Source of the DNA: Orbicella franksi
Taxonomy: Eukaryota
Direction: 5' to 3'
Assembly (NCBI GenBank): GCA_964199315.1
Contig: OZ116706.1
Coordinates: 27,156,001-27,220,000, forward strand
DNA: 64,000 nt
Below, piece by piece: positions 37,501-50,956 of this stretch. How positions within the stretch are numbered: position 1 is the stretch's first letter; the number at the start of each line of letters is the position of its first letter. The notes below the pieces were generated by a model, which did not search any database, was not told the DNA's origin, and saw only the letters and a list, made by a program, of their open reading frames with translations. A program made the position numbers and the translations under genes.

Positions 37501-40500
37501 GCTAATTAAAAGTTCAAAATAAAAATGCCCCCAAAAATTAGGTGTACACTTATCCTATTTGTATAGCATGGTATAACTGCTCATATACTGTAATGGCTAA
37601 GTCAATAAAAAAACTCTTGAATTGCATTATCCAATGATTCAGTTTGTTTATAAATTTAAATGGGTGACACATGAAGGGGTTGGTGAATGGTGCTTCAAAA
37701 ACTGTGGATGTTGCGACAGTTTTGTCTTATTTCACGGGCCTTACAGTCTCATCTTTTAAAACATTTTCATTGAAGTCTCAGTTACACAGTTTAAAAAGTC
37801 ACAAATGTCACAAGCTCAAAAACAAAAATGCTAGGCTTATATTCTTTCAAACTCTTGCATTTACCATTCACCGCCACTAGATCTTGAAATTTTTTAACTT
37901 TTGGCAGGCCAAATCTTAAGGTATCAGTATACCAAAGTTTCTCAGTAAACTGATGACCTTTAAGCACTGCTTTAACCAAAAAGTAAAGTGACAATTTGTC
38001 CTCAGGTGTGGACAATACATCCCTGCAAGTGCATAACGTGTGTGCTGTCTGATAGCTCAGTGTTCAAACTATATTTTAATTATTATTATTTTTTTTTTTG
38101 TACAGTGAGGCCCATGTTCACACTCTGATAGCATGTGTACGAGATGCATTAGAACAACAGAATAGTGGAACAGCTGTGAATGACAGGTACATGAAATTAA
38201 CATTAATTAATAATAATCATTATGGTAGCTCAGTTGAAAGTCATCCTTCTATTGATAATGATTGTGTAAAATTAATTCACATCATCTTCATTCCCTCAGG
38301 CATGCAGACCTCATTTTAGTTCATGTTCCTCAGAGTGGAGATAGTGGAAAGCTCACTGAGAAAGCACCAAAGGTATTAATAACTAATATGTAAAAAGCAA
38401 CCCAGATTAATGAATCAATCAATGTAATTTGGACTGAATAGTTGCATATTTTCCTCATGGTAAAAGGAAATCATCTTCACTCACTATGAGTTTTTGCTTG
38501 TGAAGATACTAAGCTTACTGATAGTAAGGACCAATATGCTGTGTATAATTTTTGTTCAGGGTTCACCATCACTCTCCACAACCATCTATTCCCACAAAGC
38601 TTCGCAGTTGGTCAGTAAGCTTGGCGCCATGGCTCAGAAACATTTTAATCTGAAATCGACAACAGTCACAGGAATCCCAATGAAGGTATGAACTGTGTTT
38701 CAACTATAACAACATAATAAGGGATATCTGATGGTCCCATTCAATTTAAAAGTGCTTGCAAAATTTAGCATTTGTTTGAATTGCTCGCAAAATTGGATGA
38801 GTGCTCACTGGCTCTTGCTTGCAAAATTTTGGTAACTGCTCGCATGCTCGGATTCTCCTTTAAATGTGCTCAATTGTTGGAATTTTGTGAATCCTTTGGG
38901 TTTGGGTTAGTGTGGTAGCTTTTAGCTTCTTCTTGTGGTGTTCACAACATCAGGTTAGAAAGCTTTAGATCTTCTGGAGCATCCACCCACTGACTCACGT
39001 GAAGCTACACGAAGTTAGTTATTTTATAGATATCAGTCCTAATTTGGCATCAAATAAGGCATAATTGGCTATAAGCTGTTGGGATTGGTTGAACCATGGT
39101 TAGTTTATGTACTTACCTAACTTTGTGCCTACTGTCCTGTTTTGGAGTTGTCGACCCTGTAACCTGGTGCAAAACATTTCCCTTTAATAAGATAGAGATT
39201 CTGGCTAGGAGAACATGAACAAAGTGCTTGCTGTTCACCATCTGTATTTTCTAAAGTGCTTGCTGCTCTCAAGACAAATTTTATCACGGCTTGTTCTTGT
39301 AAAAATAAACGCACTGCTCACATGCTTGCAAATGCTTGCAAAGACCATTCGATACTCCTATAATGTTATTGTCTGTTTCTAGCTGATGTTGCACGTCGGA
39401 AGCAGGGTCTTAATTCGATTCCTTGAAATATTCTTTTAATTCTAGGAAGAGCAACACTCTGGTAGTTCAGCTAATTATGATGTTGAAATCTTGCATTCTG
39501 CTGAAGTTCATATGGAGCAAACAGTTGCAAGTAAGAATTCCCTTGAAGTCTACAACAACTTTAAAATGTTTGGAAATTGGTGTGGTTTCTGCATGACAAA
39601 TGGTTTCAAGAATTGCGTATGTTTGTTCAAAACAAACATTTTTGGTTAGGCTCAATTACCAGCTTATCTACGAAAATCTAGACTCTTTTGGTGGCTTTGT
39701 TTCTGGGAAGCTTACATCTATCATTGGGGGTGGAGTTTTTTGTCAATTTGGGAAAGGAGGCTTGTTATATTCCATTGAGTTTAGTTTTGTTGGGTGTGTG
39801 GGTGGGTGGGGGCAATATTAAGATTAATTGAAATTTTTAGATGTTACAGGCTGGTGTTTTTTTTTGCCTGGAAACTTCCTTTAAGGCTGCTGCACACTAA
39901 CCGATTTTTTGTCAGCTGACAAAATATCTTCACTTGTCAGCTAGTGTGCGGTGAATTCAGACAAGTCTGTGACAAGATCAGGACTTGTCGGGAAATATCT
40001 GACAGTGCTAGATCTCAAAACATCTTGTTGGGCCTTGTCAGCTAGTGTGCGGTGGACCAAGACAATTTGTTGGGGTTTGCACACGCCTCGACCAATTAGG
40101 AAATGTCATGAGAGTCATGTCAGTGGAATAGGTGCCATCTTGATTTTGGATGACTCGGCCCCAAGCCTTAACGCGGTTAGTCGCAACAAAAAGTCAGCTA
40201 GTGTGTGGCAAGCTCATGGCCCGACAAATTTTAACCTGATTTGACCCCAACAAAAAATCTGCAGTTCTACACCAAAAAAACAGCTAGTGTGCGGTGGCGG
40301 TTAAAAAGTGATTGCAACTCACCAAGGGTTGTTCATCATGAATGTCAAAGAACCCCTAAAAAGCACTAAAACTTGCTTTGAGGGTGTTGTTACAATGTAC
40401 AGTAGATGGCTGCATTGTACAGATTTTGTACAGACACCCTGAATGATTTTTGACAACTGTGGATTTTGAGAATTTCAACACCTGCTTGCTTTGTAAATTA

Positions 40501-43500
40501 TAGTTAAAATTGATATCTTTTTTAACCTCTGGTAGGTGTGTTCTGTGGTGATGAAACTTCACCAGTAAAAAAAGATGGAACTGTTGCTGTCAAGGACACT
40601 GTTCACCTGAAATGGTGTACTCCCAAGAACACGCATGCTCCAGGTTAAATGTTTTCTCCTTGCACATGTGTAGGAATGCTCATAATGTGGTTTAAATGGA
40701 ATCCTAAAGGAGATACCTGAATTATAACTGGCTGATTTCTAACAGAAATCACACTGTTTCAGCAACAACATAAATGTGCAGTTTGAGAAAAGTTTCATAA
40801 TTTATGCACCTTAAGGAATTTGGTTGATAATTCTCTTGAGAGAGATGTTGAAAGTTACGCAGGGAGGAGCAAAAGGCTGTGACTGGAGGTGGGGAGGCAG
40901 GAGGAAGGGAGGAGTCAAACCAAAATCCTTTCATGGGAGAGGCATGGATGTTTTCTGGAACTGCTCAATACAGGTTTATATTAAAATTATCCCCTGTAAG
41001 ATACTTCAATAATGAAATCTTTTGACTACATGTAAAAACCTTGAAGTTTTGTGTAACTGATTTTACTATAATTTACCAACAGTAGCTATATTTTATGTCA
41101 CTGAGGCTTATTTTAATTTTCTGAGCTGGGCTGTTCAAAGCCTGATTAAGCTAACCCAGGATTAGCAAGAATTTTGATTTCAGTTTTGTGACTTTTCGGT
41201 GAGTTTTTCTATTATTGTTTGTCCTTCAGTTTTGAAGTTGAATAATCTTAAACTGCACAAAACATAAGCAGTGAAAAACAGTTGTAGCCAAGAAAAATTA
41301 GTACTTTGGTTATCTTTTAATCCTGGGTTAACATTAACCAGCTTTTGAACAACCCGGCCCTGAAGGTTAACAGAAAGGTAATAACCTGAATGGAGCTGTT
41401 GTTGTTGTTGTCGGGCCCGGGTTGTTCAAATGTCAGATAATTAATTGTATCTACTCGATAAGTGTTGACAAAGAAAACCGTGCTATCCATTGGATAGTAA
41501 TTTATCCAGTGGATAGCATTATTCATCCTATGAACAACTGGGTCCTGGTGGAGTTAAATGAATTGAATTTTGCAGTCAAAGACATATTTCAATCAAAGCA
41601 CCCTTTCATTCAATTTTCTTTTAGAGCTTCAGGCATGCACTGGGTGTCACAGAATCACTCCAGTTGAGGTACATATACTGGCTACAATTTAATAACGTTA
41701 AAGGTGTTAGTTGTCACAAGCTTGACTCTAAGAAGTTAAAAGTCAAGCATATTTAGATCCAGTGGAGGAAACCTACCAAGCAATCATGGTCTAGTCTTAG
41801 TAGTGTACTTGGACTGAGCGTTTTCATGAGTATTAGCGTCTTTCGTAAGAGTTGGGGCTCTTCTTGTAGGCTCCCCCCTCCCTCCGCTTTCGTTCCTCCC
41901 TCTTGTTCCACTATTTCATCAGTATGATGGGTTCCTGTTTTTTCCCTTCTGCATGGGGGCTCATGGCTCAATTGCCAGGGTTTGCCAGCGAGCAGTCTCC
42001 ATGTAGGAGCTGGCAGTCACTAGTGGATACACACAGTTGTCTCAGGCACCCAACCTCCATTTTGCTAGGATGTTGTGAAATGAGAATTTGTGCTGCAATG
42101 CATGTGAACTTTTCATCCATTTGATGCAAAAAATTTTATGAATTTCCTAGTATTTGCTAGTATGCATTCAAAGCTAATGTAAATTGTACTTGTCTAAATG
42201 TTATTCTTGCATTTGTGAATCACTATAATTTAAATTTGGATTCTCCTTTTATAATTTGAAGATTAACAGCAGACCTACAGCATGCCTCATATCTTTTCTT
42301 CTGCAAGGTAAATCATTCTGACTTGTAGACAGCTATCTCTTATAAAGTATAAAGTTTAGTGTGGAACATAACTAGTCGAGCTCCCACAGGACACATCACT
42401 ATGAGATCTGAACAGAGTGGCAGGGAGATTGACCAGGAGGTCAGACGATAAATGACTTATCTCATCCACCATTTTTGTACATCCCCTGTTGAGCTGCCTA
42501 AACCTAGTGAAGTAATAAATTACAAGCACTGTACCTTCTTGAATGGAGTGCTTGCAGAGTAGGACGCTACTTGATTGTTATCCCTTTCAGTTCTAAAGTC
42601 GGACAGAAACTGTTGGTTTTATCCATGTAGTTTACTCCTCATCTCTTATTTACTGATAGGTCGACAAGTCATGTTAGAACAGCCCAAGAAGTCTGGTGGA
42701 AAACTAGTGTCACACATATTGGCAAGTCATGGAGGTGATTATTTAATGTTATCAATGACTTTCATTATCTTTTACTAGCTGGGTTCTGACGCTGATTGTC
42801 GGTTATATTTTTAGGTGACATTTTCATACACTGTCTAGCGACTTATCGGACTCCAATGGAAGATCCCCCGTCTATAAGTGAAGGATGTGGAGGCCGAGTC
42901 ACAGATTACAGAATCAATGTAAGTCCTCTGTTCTTTCGAAGTCTTGCTATGTATGTTCTCAGTGGGTCTTTAAGGGAACTCAAGAATACGGTACAGTCAT
43001 TATGCTTGATTGTGTAAAACGTTATCCCTGTGAAACTATGAAAATTTCACTGCCATCACTTCAACCATATACGAGTACAGATAACGATACATAATTCAAC
43101 TGTAAAAGATGGTCTCTTAATAGTATCAGAACCTGTTTAAACTGGAAATTGATTTTGTTTATCAACAGGATTTTGGTGAATTCATGAAGGCTAACAGGCT
43201 TGCACCGTGTTCATGGAATAAAAAGAAGGGGAAGTCACCTCTAGAGAAAGGTATACCTTTTTAGAACTTACCTTCAATCTGTATTGTTTTGACCACCAGT
43301 GTTTAGGTACGCTCACAGCTGTCATAAAATTGCGATAAGCATTTGGGAAAAACCTAGCACAAAATCAATTTTTAGTTTTGATATTCCGTTTGCATTCAGA
43401 GGCACAACAGCTTTCTGCTTTCAGCTGTACCCATATTACCTTTCTGTCTTGTCGCGTTAACTCAGTCAATCTGAGGCTTTTAACTGGCGATGTTAATTAA

Positions 43501-46500
43501 AATAGCTGTCTATATATTTTGACATTTAAAGGTCTTTCAAGACTGGAGCGTTGTACAAGATACTGGCCTATGGTGATCAGTGAAACACTGCTTTGTAATA
43601 TGATGCAGGTAACGTCAGAAAAAAAGATCTGAATTCTTTGTAAAGGAATATTACCGATTAAACTTAGCCTGAATCTTAGGTAAAAGATCATTTGTTTAAA
43701 ATTAAAAGTTGCTTTTGGTTAAAAATTTTGTATCAATTTTTGAGGACTTTTTGTGGGGTTTTTCATTGTTAACAAATCAAAAATCAAGTTAGTTGGGGGA
43801 GGAGAAATCAATGTAGCGTGACGTGGTAGTGTATTGGACCTGCAGTTTTCCGCTGTTTGATTGGTCGAGGACTTGGAAAACCAACAAAAAATTGTTATTT
43901 GATTGGCTGGGGACTTGCGAAGACCAACAAAAGTCTCTCAAACAGTGGTTATAACATATCAGGTTTTTGTTTGTTGTGCTATTCAAGGAAGCACACCAGA
44001 AGATTCTTTAGCAAATAGCTACACCATCTCCTAGTAGTCTTGTGATCAGTTTTCTTTTTCTTTTCTTTTTCTTCTCAAACAGCTTTTAGAACCCCTGCCA
44101 TTGCTGATTATGAAGGAGACAATTACAGAGAATGATGTACTTGAATGTAAAAGAGTAAGTTTTTGATATAAAAAAGAAGAATTGTAAAATCACCAAATAA
44201 AATACAACAGCTGCAACAAGCAGTTTAAGTGCCCATAATGTCAATTTTTTTTTTTCGCTCATCTAATTCTACATTTCACCTAATGAACTTCTGCGAAGAA
44301 ATTTTTCGATTTGGATAAAACGCAATTTTTTAGGAATCTTTACAAAGTTCAAAATTCTGTTTTCTTGGGGTCGACCCCTGCCGCTGATCACAACAATAAC
44401 GTGCTCAAAATGGCTGCGTGACTGATGCCTGTGACGTAGGTTCAGGAACCTACGATGAAGACTGCTGTTGTTTTCTGGATCATTAACGTTGTTACAAAGA
44501 GCGGCAACGTACCTTTCCGGCATTTTAAACTAAATGTAGACAACTCTGAAGCAAAATTTCCACTTGTTTTCAAGTCAGATGAGTCATGACCCAAACCACG
44601 TGTTCCTGAACCTACGTCACGACTCACTTCAAACCGAGGAAGACTGGTGCGAATGGCGGACCAAAATGGCGGCAAATTTGAACGTCTTTATAAACTTATA
44701 AAAAAAAAATTGCGTTTTATCCAAATCGAAAAATTTTTCGCAGAAGTTCATTAAGTGAAATGAAGAATTAGATAAGCGAAAAAAAAAATTGACATTATTG
44801 GCACTTTAATTAATAAGGTCAATGATTACAGCCAAGAATTATTCAAGTTTACTTGCAGAAATTTCTCGTACGTATTTTATTTATTTAAATAGGTGATCTA
44901 CAGAGTCCAGGCTATGGAAAGTAGAAATGATCCACTCCCCGTGTCCATGACAGGTATCAGAGGAAAAGGACCAAAAAGGTAAACCATAGTAATCACTGGC
45001 TTTAATAGCCAATCATAACAAACGCGACAGCGCAGTGAACCAATGAGAATTTGGCACGAAAACATACAACCTGCGCCAAGTGCGAGAAAACATACACTCG
45101 TGCCAAGCGCGGAAAAACATACAATCTGTACGAAGAGCGGGAAGACGCGGAATCCGTGCCAAGCGCGGGAAAACACGCACCGGTGCCAAGCGCAGGAAAA
45201 CATACGCCGATGCCAAGCGCGGGAAAGCAAACGATCTGTACCAGGAGCGGGAAGACGCGAAACCCGTGCCAAGCGCGGGAAAACACGTGGAAACTAAATC
45301 ACGATTGATTTTTATTTTACTTCTCACTGGTTGAAAAAGAGGGTGTTAGAGCTTGTTTTAATGGTTTTACAATCTAGTTTGAGAGCTGCACTCACGCAAA
45401 AGCAAATCAAACTTGATTATTTTTGAAGTTCAAGTTTACACAATTAAAATGAAATAGATATACCACAAGGAAGAGGTCTTAAAACTAAATAATTATATTG
45501 ATGTTGCCTTTTGTCAGGGAGGAGCAGTATCGCCAGGTGTGGGCTGAACTAGAAACTTTCCTTGAAGCCGCTAGCAAGACATCCAAGATGCATGAAAAGG
45601 TGACGCATCTTCATATTTTCTTTGGTGAATGCTATACATTTCTTTTCATGATAGTTCTAAGAATTTGGTCGTCCATCAAGACAAATCTCTTCTTGATTAT
45701 TTTGTATGATACTGTAAGAAATTTGACTGGCCTCAAGGGAAGAAGTTGGTTTTGTTTCCCCTGTTTGCTCGATATTCCCCTGGGCGAAGCCGAGGGGAAC
45801 ATTGAGGATCGGGGGGAAACAAAACTCACTGTTCCTCGTCGGGGCAGTCATTGAGTGTTTTGTTATACCTCCCAACTCAAAAATAGAACAAACTGAGAAA
45901 CAATTATTTGCTTGACGCCGGGTGGGACACAAATTTGCCGCGGTCTCCGAGGTACACGATCTAATCACGAGGGAGTCAAAAGATCAAGTTGTTGTTTCCC
46001 TAGGGAGTTAGTGAGTTTTCTTCGCTCTTGGGGGTTTGTGAGTTTTTGAACCATGACACGTGACACGTTCTGCTCCAACTGGAAAACGTATTGGAGTCGG
46101 GAGGTATAACAAGAATTCTTGCTAACTGTGAGGTTAATCGAATTGTCGGTAAAAGTGACTCAAACTTTGTAACAATTTTGATGTGATTTTGTAACTTTGT
46201 TGTTTTGCTATTGCCTCGAGCCATGCTGCTTAAATCCTAGCTTTAAATTCTCAGTTCTAACAATGTATTAGGCGAATATTTATTCTCTGTTATCCAAAGA
46301 GCAAAATTCCTATTCGTAGGACCACTCGAATTGTCTTTTTAGCTTTCTCTTCAATCTAATGTAAAAATAGCGAGGCCATTTGTTAGTTCAGTATTCTGTA
46401 ACATGATCTGCGGATTCAGTCAATAGCCCACTTTCGATATAATAAAATTCAGTGAGGCCTAGAGAACACAAACAAAAGAAATGAATAAACATGGTCATTC

Positions 46501-48641
46501 AATTTCCTTTGTTTGTGTACTTTACACCTCGCTCTCAAGCTGAATTTTATTATATCGAAAGTGGTCTATTCTCAGAGATGAAATTCCAACTAAAAAGCGA
46601 GCGAGATCCTGGCAAGAGTGGCGTCAGCCGTCACAAAGCCGTGATGTCGTGATATCGCAGGAGGAAGGCGCCTGAAAAAGTGGCTGTCATTTCTCCCGAC
46701 TGTTTGAAGTTAGATACACCCTAAAATTCCGAGGCTAACAATGTTTCAGGTACTTGAATGCCTGCGTGGAACGAGTCCCACGAGCAGCACCACAGACAGC
46801 CCAAGGAGAGATACACCTACCGATGAAATTGAAAGTGAGTAATTGTAAAGGGAGCCCAGACAAACTGTTTGCGTGCTGTCTACATTTACATTTCTATAGC
46901 AAATGATAATGATCTTTATTATTTGTATAGTAAACGGTAGAGGTTAAGTCTTCATGCGAGCCAAGTGGCTGACTAAGCCGGAGATCCCAGTTGTGTAGCA
47001 TGAAACGACTAAGAGTATTTCTACTCCCCCCTGGATGGGATGCTAGTCCATCGCAGGGTTACCTCCAGTATTAAGTTCGCCGGTACCCATTTATACATCT
47101 GAGGGGAGAGAGGCACTGTGGGAGTAAAGTGTTGTCCAAGAACACAGCACGGTCAGGCCCTGGCCACGGTTCGGGGACATTGCGTTGTGTTTTGCGTGTA
47201 TAGTAAACACCCAAGTAAACAGCGAACCCAAAAATCCCTCAAACCTGCTGAAACTGGCAATTTTTTAGCCAAAAAACGATAGCACAATGTATATTTTGCT
47301 CAGCTCCAACTAACTTGACATTTGGAACGGGCTTCTGATCTTGTGTGTGTTTTTTTCCCGAGCAGAAAACACGCAGTCCAGGCTCTCGGAAGCCTCGCTT
47401 TCATGGCAAGAGATTGACAGGTCAGTTGGCACGTGATCTACCATTATTGGCTTTATTTCTGAAGTCTAGTCGAAAACAAATACCATGACTAGGCTACGAC
47501 GCCTTGTGAAAAATGGATTTATATTTTACCTTCGAATTTCGCAACTGTGTAGATCTGTTCAGTACGCCTATTGGTCTTAACACTTGCGCAGGCTAAATAT
47601 GCAATGACAACGTTCAATCCAAAGATAGGAAAAATTAGCCATTGCGGTTCACGTTTTCCAAAAACGTAGAACTTGGCCATTTCAAGTTGTTGTTTTGCAG
47701 ATGACGGGTAAGAAATGTACCAAGATTCAAAACGCACGTGCAGAACCATTGTTCTACTCATTAAACCTTTCGTTTGGTGACATTCTCATTGGCGTCGCCG
47801 TCGTGGTTTGCTTAAGCTACCAAATAAATAATTAGTCCCTTGCCGAGGTTACACAAAAGTTCCCTACCGTTATCATTGCTCACCCTTAGATATCAGAGCA
47901 TGACGGAGAGAGAGAAGACAGACTTCAATCGTGGAGACACAAACAATGAACACTTCTTTAAAAGAGGTCTGGGGTCAGCAGTTACAGAGCAGGCGCACAA
48001 GAGATTACGAACAGACAATCAGCCAGGACTCAGTAAACAGACAGGTAGAGGTGAGAAACGAGTTTGAGTGAAAGGTAACAGTGGTGTTAAAATACTTTAG
48101 AATTTAAAAGCAGAACATTGGGACTTGATAGTGTACATCCGCTAGAGCCAGCAATGATAAAAGTAGACTTTCTTGGAAATTTTCCTGGTGCATTTGCGGT
48201 TGACACAAACACGCAAACGACTATAGCATCAGGGACTGAAAAAGTCGAAGCGGTTGACTGACTGCCATCTTGACGGATTGATTCAGGGATTGTTTTTGAT
48301 CGGTTGATTGCCTGCCTGCCTGCTTGACTGACTGACTGTCTGTCTGACTATCTGACTGACTGACTGACTGACGGACGGACGGACTGAATGATTAACTGAC
48401 CGTCTGACTGGCTGACTGACTGACTGACTGACTGACTGACTGACCGACTGACCAACCGAACGACCGACCAATCGACCGACCGACTGACTGTGTGAATGAA
48501 TGACTGAATGACTGACTGACTGACTGACTGACTGACTGAATGAATGAATGACTTTCCGACTGACTGACTGACTGACTGACAGATAGACAGACAGACTGAC
48601 TGACTGAGTGAGTGACTGACTAACTGACTGACTGACTGATA

Positions 48642-48692
<51 letters not shown>

Positions 48693-48712
48693 AGACTGAC
48701 TGACTGACTGAC

Positions 48713-48751
<39 letters not shown>

Positions 48752-49743
48752 TGACTGACTGACTGATTAACTGACCATTCAGTGATAGATTGACTGACTG
48801 AATGCTTTCTTGCTGGACTATAGGTGCAGCAACCTCTCTGTTATCGATGTGGAACAGTAAAATGAACGCAATAGCTGCGTCACGTCATGAGGAATTTGCC
48901 GGCAGACTTCAGTCGACAGGGAACAAGGCTGAGTTGTACGTCAGTCCCATGGACACAGGAAGCAACAGCAGGTACACGCACTTTACAGTCACACCTAGAG
49001 AATTTCCGTTATGGAAAATTAAGATTGTTTGTGTGACTTGAACTTGCGATATCGAAAGCGTGGTGCCTGGTTAGGGAAGCGTTCTTTATCGAAATGTTGA
49101 CTCTAAGTTGTGTCTTTCTTTTCATCGCGGTGGCCCCATGGTTAGTGCGCTCGTCTCCGGATCGAGCAGTCCGGGGTCGAGCCCTGGCCGGGAACATTGT
49201 TTTGTGTTCTTGGGGAAGACACTTTACTCTCGCAGTGCGTCTCTCCACCTAGGTGTATAAATGGGTACTGGCAAATTTTATGCTGGGGGTAACCCTACGA
49301 TGGACTAGCACCCCATCCAGGGGGGAGTAGAAATACTCCTAGTCGTTTCATGCTACAGTAACCGGGATAAGCGCCGGCCTGATGGGCCATTTGGCTCGTA
49401 CGCAGACTTTACCTACCTACCTTTTCTTTGGGACTGGCAATGATGGCCTAATGGTTATTTAGCACGCTAGTGTTTGAATCGAGTGGTCCAGGTTCGAGCC
49501 CTGGACAGGATCATTGTGTTTTAGGGAAGAACTCTTAGAATTCCTCTCTATGCCCAGGTGTATAAATGGTATCAGCACATTTAATGCTGAGGGAAACCCT
49601 GGGATGGACTAGCGTCCCATCTAGGAGTGTTGAGGGAGAAGCAAAAATGCTAATTTTTTGTTATGGTTCAGTTAAGCCTGATGCAAGCTTGAAATTTTTA
49701 TTTTTTCAGTGGTAGAGGCACTCCTGTGGAAGAATGGCTTTGA
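34584..49743 (+). CDS. INTS13: Integrator complex subunit 13 (asunder/ASUN), 22 exons, ~704 aa
   Basis: Exons 34584-34820, 36099-36173, 36913-37097, 38106-38186, 38300-38372, 38560-38685, 39446-39530, 40536-40643, 41625-41668, 42262-42307, 42660-42734, 42815-42918, 43169-43250, 43532-43608, 44083-44154, 44893-44978, 45518-45599, 46750-46834, 47366-47420, 47890-48044, 48824-48971, 49710-49743 (2115 nt). Hallmarks: [94 protein letters not shown]...RHEEFAGRL. The last small exon is least certain. Confidence 0.95.
39883..40302. mobile_element. TIR element with four internal cagctagtgtgcgg repeats
   Basis: aaggctgctgcacactaac / gctagtgtgcggtggcggtt; TTAA flanks. Confidence 0.6.
41128..41545. mobile_element. 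Two adjacent MITEs of gggcccggttgttcaaa family
   Basis: 41128-41359: gggctgttcaaagcctgattaagctaacccaggatta / taatcctgggttaacattaaccagcttttgaacaacccggccc. 41413-41545: gggcccgggttgttcaaa...tgaacaactgggtcc. Confidence 0.65.
44228..44805. mobile_element. Kolobok-like element with ~130-bp TIRs
   Basis: agtgcccataatgtcaattttttttttcgct...ttcgatttggataaaacgcaatttttt pairs with its reverse complement ending ggcact|TTAA in INTS13 intron 15. Confidence 0.8.
45060..45290. repeat. Minisatellite-like array, ~25-28-bp unit tgccaagcgcgggaaaaca
   Basis: At least 7 degenerate units. Explains the stacked ORFs at 44898-45334 in the ORF track. Confidence 0.85.
46937..47195 (-). mobile_element. tRNA-derived SINE, 5'-truncated with inverted head fragment
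   Basis: Body is on the minus strand (46937-47148), followed by a plus-orientation head piece ccctggcc...ggggacattgcgttgtgtt. Confidence 0.7.
48255..48800 (+). repeat. Compound (GACT)n tetranucleotide microsatellite, ~550 bp
   Basis: GACT units interspersed with GAAT, GCCT, GACG, GACC and GACA variants; INTS13 intron 20. Confidence 0.95.
49126..49422 (+). mobile_element. tRNA-derived SINE (full length), with a diverged copy following at ~49470-49625
   Basis: cgcggtggccccatggttagtgcgctcgtctccggatcgagcagtccggggtcgagccctggcc...ctcgtacgcagactttacctacctacct in the last INTS13 intron. Confidence 0.85.
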
Positions 49744-50349
49744 CTCGATGGTGCATGACACCACAGTTCGCACAGTTGAGAAAGATATTCTTGTCGACAA
49801 TTTCTCGTAAACAAGCTATGCCCCATGACTGTCTGGCTCTTGTTGCTGTGTCAGAAATAGCGGGAGTTGTCACGTGACCGAACGGTCCCATGTTGCTTGG
49901 CAACCACACCAGCGACAACCGCTGGCTCAGTGAATAACTAACCGAAATCTTGGATGGTCATAATTGTTATTGTTTGAGACACACGAAGTCACAAAGAAAC
50001 ATTGGTAACTAACCATCGCCGGTCTAGACCAGAATTTGGTCCAAACACATGACTTCACGAACGTTAAGTGTAGCTTCTCTCTAAGCGTAGTGTACAGTTC
50101 CTTGTGCAAACATGCACTGTAGCTAGATTACTGTTCTCTGCGGTCTGTTATTACTGTAAATAAATATACTTTCTAGAAGATAATCATAACTATAGCAAAA
50201 TCTCTTATATGATTGATTATCAGTACGCCCTATTTTTTACCAAACTAGAGCGCGAGAACCTGAGGTGTCCAATAACAAAGTTTCTAATGACAAGGTATCC
50301 AGGAACAAAATTCGCGTGCCACGCGAATGTTAGGCCCGTTTTCCGCCCT

Positions 50350-50728
50350 GGCCCCGTCCACATTACGCTGGAGAATTTGAAAATGCAGCTTCATTTCTAC
50401 GGTTAAGCCTACCGTACACACTAATCCGTCGCGAAAACGGAGCTTTTCGAAAACGCTCTTGAAACCTGAGGAATTTGAAAACGCCGGCTTTTCGTTTTCG
50501 CGTGGACAGAACACATTTTGAAAACGAAGCTTTTCGAAAACGATGACGTCACGATAATCATGTGATTTCTCTGCCCGAGTCTTCCTCAAACACAAAAACA
50601 AAATGAGCGGTGATTGTTGCGTTTTTAAATTCCTCCGGCGCAGTGTGGACGGAAAACATTTGATGCGTTTTCAGAGTGAAACCTCCGTTTTCCAATTCCT
50701 CCGGCGTAGTACAGTGTACAAGGGGCCT
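50350..50728. mobile_element. Harbinger-like MITE (gtccacactacg family)
   Basis: TIR ggccccgtccacattacgctggagaatttgaaaa pairs with ttccaattcctccggcgtag...aggggcc, TTA flank. Other copies at ~20851-21085, 57194-57561, 62341-62612. Confidence 0.8.
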
Positions 50729-50956
50729 TATGCGGATTGTTTGGCAAGCTCTAGACTTGGACTGTAAATTTCCAAAATTGCGTTTTCTCTGAGATATTCT
50801 TTTCGCTGGTTTTCCTGGTAGGGTACTATTTTTTTTCAAAGTCCTTCGGTTCTATATAGAGCCAAGAAATTTCCTGTGGATTTTTTAACTGCAGTATTAT
50901 AATTCCTTTTATCGTCCATTTCGCCGTATTATTATCCTCCCGAACATGATAAGACC

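Noticed and set aside
41750-42060. LINE/RTE fragment in INTS13 intron 9
   Set aside because: Composition suggests a retroelement relic, but no RT or endonuclease motif could be read.
44898-45334. Six overlapping ORFs of 84-124 aa on both strands
   Set aside because: They arise from a stop-poor minisatellite inside INTS13 intron 16; no protein signal.
48283-48471. ORF with SQSV repeats
   Set aside because: It is a translation of the (GACT)n microsatellite.
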